Below the pieces are notes generated by a model. The model was not told the DNA's origin and made no database searches. It was given only the letters and a program-made list of their open reading frames with translations. Both the position numbers and the translations under genes were made by a program. 64,000 bases of DNA from an uncultured Vicinamibacteraceae bacterium (GTDB lineage Bacteria; Acidobacteriota; Vicinamibacteria; Vicinamibacterales; UBA8438): NCBI GenBank assembly GCA_964624855.1, contig CAZUZW010000001.1, positions 13,675 to 77,674 of the forward strand, in the 5' to 3' direction. Shown here in pieces: positions 58,675-64,000 of the stretch; position 1 is the stretch's first letter, and each line of letters begins with the position of its first letter.

Positions 58675-60543
58675 GTGAACCTACTAATCCACTCAAGTGC
58701 CAGAGTGTTGATTCGTATCTTATTGCTTCTATGCGTGTTTAACGTGCCGGCAGTCTCGGTTGCCCAGGAGGCTGCGGAGAGCGACCCATCGCAATGGGTT
58801 ATGCCCAACGCCAATTATGCAGGCTGGAACTACAGCGCACTGGACCAGATTAACGTTGAGAACGTCCAGACCCTCGAAATGGCCTGGACAATGCAGCTCG
58901 GCATCCAAGATTCACACGAAGCATCGCCACTCGTAATTGGCGACACGATGTATATCGTGACACCGAAACCGAACTATGTGTACGCACTCGACCTCATGCG
59001 TCAAGGGGTCATCAAGTGGGAGTTTCGGCCTGAGTTTCCTGACTTGGAAACAGCGGTAAGGAGTGCCTGCTGCGGCGCGCAGACCCGCGGCTTGAGCTAT
59101 GCCGACGGTCGGATTTTCTTCGCCACGCTTGACGGTCAGGTGTTTGCGCTCGATGCGGAGACCGGAGACGTCATCTGGCGGGCTGAGAACGCCGACATCA
59201 CAATCGGCGAGACGGTGAGTACTCCGCCGTTGGTCGTCAATGACAAGGTCATAGTGGGCGTTGCGGGCGGGGAATTCGGCGTACGGGGCCACGTCACTGC
59301 ATATCACATCGACACCGGTAGTTTCAGATGGCGCTACTACAGCATGGGGCCGAACAACGAAGTCGGCATCGGGCCCCGCTTTGACCCCTTCTACCCGGAC
59401 GATCGGATTGCCAACCCGGCGCTCGACTCGTGGTATGGCGATTCCTGGCGGCGTGGCGGAGGCTCGGTCTGGGGGTGGTTCACGTTCGACCCGGAGCTGA
59501 ATCTTTTCTACTACGGCACAAGCAACTGCGGCCCGTGGAATCCGGACTACCGTCGAGAGTGGGGCGTCGTCGAGCTGGACGAGCAGGGCGGGTTGACCGG
59601 CTATCGGAACAACTACTGCGCATCGATTTTAGCCCGCGATGCCGACAGCGGCGAGTTGATCTGGGCGTATAACGTAACCCCTCAAGACCAGTGGGACCTT
59701 GACGAGCCCAGCGCGATGGTGCTTATGGACCTTGAGATCGATGGTCGCCAGCGAGAGGCACTGGTGCACCCGGGAAGGAACGGGTTCTTCTATGTGTTCG
59801 ACCGCGCTACTGGGGAGATGATTGTCGAACCCTGGATGTTCGTCTACAACGACCTCATCGCGGGGGTCAACATGGAAACCGGCCGACCGCGGTACGACAT
59901 CAACAAGATGATGTTCACCGACCTCGAGGATCGACAGAATTACGTGCCAGACGCCGAAGATGTCGCCGTCGGCTGGTGTCCTGGAATCGCTGCCAGAAAT
60001 TGGCAGAACGACGCGTATTCGCCGCGCACCGGACTTGTGTACACCTCGACGTCAAATACCTGCGGACTTATTCAAATGGTTGAGGGCGACTATGTTCCCG
60101 GTAACCGCTATACCCTACGCGAGCGCGGTGGTCGGGCTCCGAGCCCGCCCGATGAGGAGGTTGTCGGAGAGCTGCAGGCCAACGACCCGATTGCGGGAGA
60201 GACCGTATGGAGGGTCCAGTGGACGACCGACAACAACACGCCGGTCATGGCTACTGGAGGGGATCTAGTCTTCCAGGGTGGTCCAAACGAGGGTGTGGTC
60301 CGCGCGATTGACGCTCGCAGCGGCGAGATTGTGTGGACGTTCCGGACCGGGAGTGACTTCCGGAATGCACCCATCACCTACATCGGACCTGACGGTCGGC
60401 AGTATGTCGCCATCATCGGTAGTGCGCGAACGGGTAACGACCAAGTGACGGCGGATACGGAACCGGACGACAGTGCCCGCTTTCGACGGGCAGGCAGTGC
60501 GCTCTATGTGTTCGCGTTGCCTGCAGCGCCAGCTCAAGACTGA
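58675..60543 (+). CDS. PQQ-dependent dehydrogenase, methanol/ethanol (MxaF/XoxF) family, lanthanide-type signature
   Basis: GTG at 58675 lies 6 nt after AAGGAGGG; signal peptide ends ...PAVSVAQE. Conserved MDH residues: HEASPLV, vicinal SACCG (nt 59068-59073), GGEFGVRG, GGGSVWGW, GTSNCGPW, TPQDQWDLDE (nt 59695-59706) and HPGRNG. Confidence 0.85.
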   Translation: MNLLIHSSARVLIRILLLLCVFNVPAVSVAQEAAESDPSQWVMPNANYAGWNYSALDQINVENVQTLEMAWTMQLGIQDSHEASPLVIGDTMYIVTPKPNYVYALDLMRQGVIKWEFRPEFPDLETAVRSACCGAQTRGLSYADGRIFFATLDGQVFALDAETGDVIWRAENADITIGETVSTPPLVVNDKVIVGVAGGEFGVRGHVTAYHIDTGSFRWRYYSMGPNNEVGIGPRFDPFYPDDRIANPALDSWYGDSWRRGGGSVWGWFTFDPELNLFYYGTSNCGPWNPDYRREWGVVELDEQGGLTGYRNNYCASILARDADSGELIWAYNVTPQDQWDLDEPSAMVLMDLEIDGRQREALVHPGRNGFFYVFDRATGEMIVEPWMFVYNDLIAGVNMETGRPRYDINKMMFTDLEDRQNYVPDAEDVAVGWCPGIAARNWQNDAYSPRTGLVYTSTSNTCGLIQMVEGDYVPGNRYTLRERGGRAPSPPDEEVVGELQANDPIAGETVWRVQWTTDNNTPVMATGGDLVFQGGPNEGVVRAIDARSGEIVWTFRTGSDFRNAPITYIGPDGRQYVAIIGSARTGNDQVTADTEPDDSARFRRAGSALYVFALPAAPAQD

Positions 60544-60600
60544 GCGGTGGTCAGTGGGGTGTCGATTCCTGAACAGTTCTCTGATTAAGGAGGAAGCGTC

Positions 60601-61638
60601 ATGAGGAATGAACGGAACGTCAGAACAGTGTTAATGGTCGCAGTGGTAGCCGTGTCGATCCCGATCTTGTTCGGTGTGCGAGCGGTGGTTGATCAGGCCA
60701 CTCTACTAGAGGCGGCACAGGAATCAACGTCGATGAGCGATCGTGCAAAATTTGTTGGGACGTACAGACTGATCACGACTGAGATCAAGGACGGAAATAC
60801 CGGAGAATGGTCCGAGACTCCAAACTTTAATCGAATCGGATACATCACTTATGCTGACACTGGTCATATGGGCGTACACATCATGCCCCGCAGTCGGCTG
60901 CCGTTTTCTTCTTTTCCGCCGCCCGGGGCTGAGGTGCAGGTTGCACTGCAAGGTTACACCGCGTACTTCGGATCGTTCACGGTGGATGAACAGCAACAGT
61001 TCGTCGAGCATCAACGCTTTGGCCACATTAATCAGGGCGGCATTGTTGACGTGAAACGTTTCTACGATTTCGAGGGTGACCGCCTGATTCTCACACCGGC
61101 TCCGGCAGATGGCGGCGGCAAGTCCACAGCGACCCGCCGGCTGGTGTGGGAGCGGCTGCCGAATGCGCCACTTTCAGCGGAAGCGAAGAAGTTCGTCGGG
61201 TTCCATCGTCTGTTGTACACAGACCGCTACAGGGAGAAAGACGGAGAGCAGACATTTCACGGCCAGCGTAACGAGGAACGTGCCGGCACCTCCTACATCA
61301 TCTACACACCAACCGGTCACATGATGGTTCACCTTATGCACAAGGAGGGCCGAACGCAGTACGCCGGTGTCCGACCGACTGCCGACGAGGCGCTAGAGGC
61401 GTTTCAGACTTACGGCGGCTATTTTGGGCGCTTCACCACCTATGAAAACTATGAGCCGCGGTTTGTTATGCACAATCAGCAAGGTAGTCTTCGCCCTGCC
61501 CGATACGTGGATGCGACGAAACGGTTCTATCAGTTCACGGGCAATGTGTTGCGGCTCGGCGGTCCGCCGAGGCTCAATGAGGCCGGCGAAATGGAGGGCG
61601 GTCACCTGTACTGGGAGAAGCAGGGTCCTATCGACTAG
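60601..61638 (+). CDS. Secreted/anchored tandem lipocalin-like (Lipocalin_5-type) domain protein
   Basis: SD AAGGAGGAAG and an N-terminal hydrophobic anchor. Two repeats share KFVG..RL, G.I.YT..GHM.VH.M, Y.GYFG.FT and KRFY.F.G..L.L. Confidence 0.6.
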   Translation: MRNERNVRTVLMVAVVAVSIPILFGVRAVVDQATLLEAAQESTSMSDRAKFVGTYRLITTEIKDGNTGEWSETPNFNRIGYITYADTGHMGVHIMPRSRLPFSSFPPPGAEVQVALQGYTAYFGSFTVDEQQQFVEHQRFGHINQGGIVDVKRFYDFEGDRLILTPAPADGGGKSTATRRLVWERLPNAPLSAEAKKFVGFHRLLYTDRYREKDGEQTFHGQRNEERAGTSYIIYTPTGHMMVHLMHKEGRTQYAGVRPTADEALEAFQTYGGYFGRFTTYENYEPRFVMHNQQGSLRPARYVDATKRFYQFTGNVLRLGGPPRLNEAGEMEGGHLYWEKQGPID

Positions 61639-61688
61639 CGGCGTGGACGTCCACACGCGATCAGATGAGATCACTCCGGAGGTGAGCT

Positions 61689-63386
61689 ATGAGCGAATCA
61701 GCGGACGGTAAGATGAGTTGTTACGACCTCGTCTACCTACTGAAGCGACGGCCGCGGATCAGCCGTCTGGTCATTGGCTTCCTGAGTGCCACGCTAGTGT
61801 GTGCCGTCATCGTACGCACCTCATTGGCCACCGCTGGTCAGAGCCCGGCAGCACAGGTGACTGCTTCAGAACAAGTTTGTGCAGAGTTGGTGAGTCTGAC
61901 ATTTGAAGGCAATACGACCATCGTGGCGACGACAACGGTATCCACGGGATCCTTGGTGACACCGACAGACCAAAGGTTGACAGACCTACCGGCGTTTTGC
62001 CGCGTGGTTGGTGTGAGCCGGCCCACTAACGATTCGACCATCAATTTCGAAGTCTGGTTGCCGGCCGACTCGTGGAACGGAAAGTTCGTCTCCTCAGGGG
62101 AAGGTGGCTTTGCGGGGAGGCTCAACTACACGCGGCTTGGTCTGGACGGTGGTCTTGATGAATGGTTGAGGCGTGGATACGCGACTGCGTCAACCGACAC
62201 CGGGCATCTTTCGACCGACGACAGCTGGGCCGTTGGCCATCCGGAAAGGGTGATCGACTATGCCTATCGGTCGAAACATCTCGTGACTGTGGCGGCGAAA
62301 GGTCTGATCGAAGCCTATTACGGCCGAGCGGCCACTTATTCCTACTTCAATTCGTGCTCGAATGGTGGACGCCAGGCTCTTATGGAGGTCCAGCGGTATC
62401 CGGGCGATTTCGACGGAGTTGTTGTGGGGGCTCCGTGGAATTATCAGTCGCACTCGAATGCGGGGTTTGTTTGGAGCGCGCAGACACTTAGTGCTCCAGG
62501 CGCCGCGATACCGCCGGCTAAGTTACCTGCGATTGAGGCTGCGGCGATTGCCGCGTGCGATGCGACCGACGGACTTGTCGACGGGCTGATTGAGGAACCT
62601 AACAAGTGCACCTTCGAGCCCGAGAGCCTGCGGTGCACCACGGCGGACAGCGATGAGTGTTTGACGGCGCCGCAGGTAGCGTCGTTGGAAAAACTCTACA
62701 GTGGTCCGAAGCATCCGCGGACCGGCGCTTCCATCTTTCCCGGGTGGACAATCGGTAGTGAGCGTGGTTGGGAGAGATGGGTTGTAGCCGACGGAGTGAC
62801 GAATCTCGGGCGGACCTACTTCTCGAACCTGGTGTTTGAAGATCCCAACTGGGACTATCGAACCTTTGATTTTGATGCTGACCTGGCGTTTGCTGAATCC
62901 AAGGTTGGTTTTCATGCTGACGCCATCGAAACCGATCTTTCGGCTGCAAAACAGCAGGGCGTCAAGATCATCCAGTATCACGGCTGGAACGATCAGACGT
63001 TGCAACCTGGTTACAGCCCGATCTATTACGAGAGAGTGGCGGCGGCAATGGGGGGGCTAGTTGAGACTCAGGATTTCTATCGACTGTTCATGGTCCCGGG
63101 GATGGCGCACTGCTACCGTGGCGCTGGAGCGAATAGCTTCGGAGGAGTCGGCCAACAGATTCCTCCCCATCGTGACGCCATGCACGACGTCCAGGTCGCC
63201 CTGGAGGAGTGGGTAGAAACGGGTGTGGCGCCAGACCAGTTAATTGCCACGAAGTACACCGACGACGACGCGGACACGACGAGTGTGGAGTTCACTCGCA
63301 AGCTCTGCCCGTATCCGTCCGTTGCGCGATACAGTCAAACGGGGGATTCCCGTCAAGCCGAGAGTTTCATCTGCACTAATCCGTAA
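61689..63386 (+). CDS. Tannase/feruloyl esterase family alpha/beta hydrolase
   Basis: SD GGAGGTG. The nucleophile block is FNSCSNGGRQALMEVQRYPGDFDGVVVGAPW, with multiple Cys pairs typical of the family. 565 aa. Confidence 0.8.
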   Translation: MSESADGKMSCYDLVYLLKRRPRISRLVIGFLSATLVCAVIVRTSLATAGQSPAAQVTASEQVCAELVSLTFEGNTTIVATTTVSTGSLVTPTDQRLTDLPAFCRVVGVSRPTNDSTINFEVWLPADSWNGKFVSSGEGGFAGRLNYTRLGLDGGLDEWLRRGYATASTDTGHLSTDDSWAVGHPERVIDYAYRSKHLVTVAAKGLIEAYYGRAATYSYFNSCSNGGRQALMEVQRYPGDFDGVVVGAPWNYQSHSNAGFVWSAQTLSAPGAAIPPAKLPAIEAAAIAACDATDGLVDGLIEEPNKCTFEPESLRCTTADSDECLTAPQVASLEKLYSGPKHPRTGASIFPGWTIGSERGWERWVVADGVTNLGRTYFSNLVFEDPNWDYRTFDFDADLAFAESKVGFHADAIETDLSAAKQQGVKIIQYHGWNDQTLQPGYSPIYYERVAAAMGGLVETQDFYRLFMVPGMAHCYRGAGANSFGGVGQQIPPHRDAMHDVQVALEEWVETGVAPDQLIATKYTDDDADTTSVEFTRKLCPYPSVARYSQTGDSRQAESFICTNP

Positions 63387-63414
63387 CAGGAGCTGACCTC
63401 TGGACGGTGTGACC

Positions 63415-63455
63415 CAGAGCCAACAACTGTTCTACTAGTGGTGCGCTCTTTTTTT
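63415..63455 (+). terminator. Possible weak terminator after the esterase gene
   Basis: AGAGC...GCTCT arms around a large loop, followed by a T7 run (63449-63455). Confidence 0.3.
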
Positions 63456-63544
63456 CGGAGGTGTCAGCCACCAATCACACCGGTGAATCTTCGGCTTGGT
63501 CTATCATGACTAGGCGAAAACAACTTCACGTAAGGGGAAGCGAA

Positions 63545-64000
63545 TTGGCGAGTTTCACAGAGCGGATGATCGGAGCGGCCAAGCTCGACGTGCATGTCTT
63601 TGAAGAAGTGGAGGCCGATAGTGGTGCCACTGGCCAAGCTGCTGGAGTGGTGCTTCTGACCAGTCTCGCTGGTGGGATCGGATCAGTTGGCTTGGGGGCT
63701 GGAGGTCTTGGCTTGTTCATTATCGGCGCCATCGCGGCGCTGATAGGGTGGGTCACTTGGGCCTTTACGACTTACATCATTGGTACCCGGTTGTTACCAG
63801 AGCCCCAAACGCGCGCAGACGTCGGCGAGCTTATGCGGACCTTGGGGTTCGCCCAAGCACCGGGACTGCTTCGCATTTTTGGAAGCCTTCCCGGTGTGGG
63901 TCCTCTTGTCTTGAGTCTTACGCAGATTTGGTTGTTGGTCGCTATGGTGGTTGCCATCCGCCAGGCCTTGGACTACCACAGTACCTTCCGGGCGGTGGGG
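63545..64000 (+). CDS. Yip1-family membrane protein (3' end off-window; absent from ORF track)
   Basis: The frame stays open to nt 64000. TTG at 63545 lies 7 nt after AAGGGGA; the alternative is ATG at 63506. The translation LASFTERMIGAAKLDVHVFEEVEADSGATGQAAGVVLLTSLAGG...YIIGTRLL...LMRTLGFAQAPGLLRIF is typical of bacterial Yip1 domain proteins. Confidence 0.65.
   Translation, partial: MASFTERMIGAAKLDVHVFEEVEADSGATGQAAGVVLLTSLAGGIGSVGLGAGGLGLFIIGAIAALIGWVTWAFTTYIIGTRLLPEPQTRADVGELMRTLGFAQAPGLLRIFGSLPGVGPLVLSLTQIWLLVAMVVAIRQALDYHSTFRAVG

Noticed and set aside
61643-61654. Perfect 12-bp palindrome GTGGACGTCCAC in the lipocalin-esterase spacer.
   Set aside because: It is short and could only form a 4-bp stem with an ACGU loop. 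It is more likely chance or a minor intercistronic element. I noted it but it is not strong enough to call as a feature.
58600-63400. Apparent GC-rich compositional island covering the PQQ-dehydrogenase operon.
   Set aside because: Hand counts of sampled 60-nt lines gave about 50-67% here. Other parts of the window gave about 40-58% (bamA, lon) and about 48-63% (xsc cluster). The spread is too noisy to claim horizontal transfer without a computed sliding-window GC and codon-usage analysis.

Overview
Gene-dense chromosomal window from a diderm bacterium (BamA, TamB and two TonB-dependent receptors). Many starts have clear Shine-Dalgarno sites. Hand-sampled GC is roughly 47-60%, and I cannot assign a lineage from sequence alone. 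The left third (1-22 kb) is housekeeping. It holds a split biotin carboxylase/BCCP pair, a tamB-bamA-SurA_N-like outer-membrane biogenesis operon, class II ribonucleotide reductase nrdJ behind a long structured leader, rpmE, and the conserved minus-strand block tRNA-Leu(UAG)-tig-clpP-clpX-lon-engB. The middle (22-38 kb) is envelope and accessory. It holds a PAL-like NHL / TPR / TerB-like operon, an SGNH esterase, an AKR, a Tat-exported GH99-like glycosidase, a small OM beta-barrel, an unknown secreted protein and two CarboxypepD_reg-type TonB-dependent receptors, one with a twin poly-Asp loop. The right part (38-64 kb) holds typA-crcB, a DEDDh exonuclease, an orphan SPPF DNA methyltransferase and an xsc / APC permease / class-III aminotransferase cluster (candidate aminosulfonate catabolism) next to a lipoprotein amidohydrolase. 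It also holds a CBM9/DUF5916 OM protein followed by a three-gene module of unknowns (including an internally duplicated bicupin), divergent ytxJ/katG, and a MxaF/XoxF-family PQQ dehydrogenase with the lanthanide-type WD-x-D signature. That dehydrogenase is tightly linked to a tandem lipocalin-like protein and a tannase/feruloyl-esterase-family hydrolase. I saw no rRNA, CRISPR array, transposase, integrase or prophage, and no recognisable transcription factor anywhere in the 64 kb. An edge-truncated Yip1-family gene at the 3' end is missing from the ORF track. The best candidates for something new are the PQQ-dehydrogenase/lipocalin/esterase operon, the APC permease embedded in the xsc cluster, and the poly-Asp TonB-dependent receptor.
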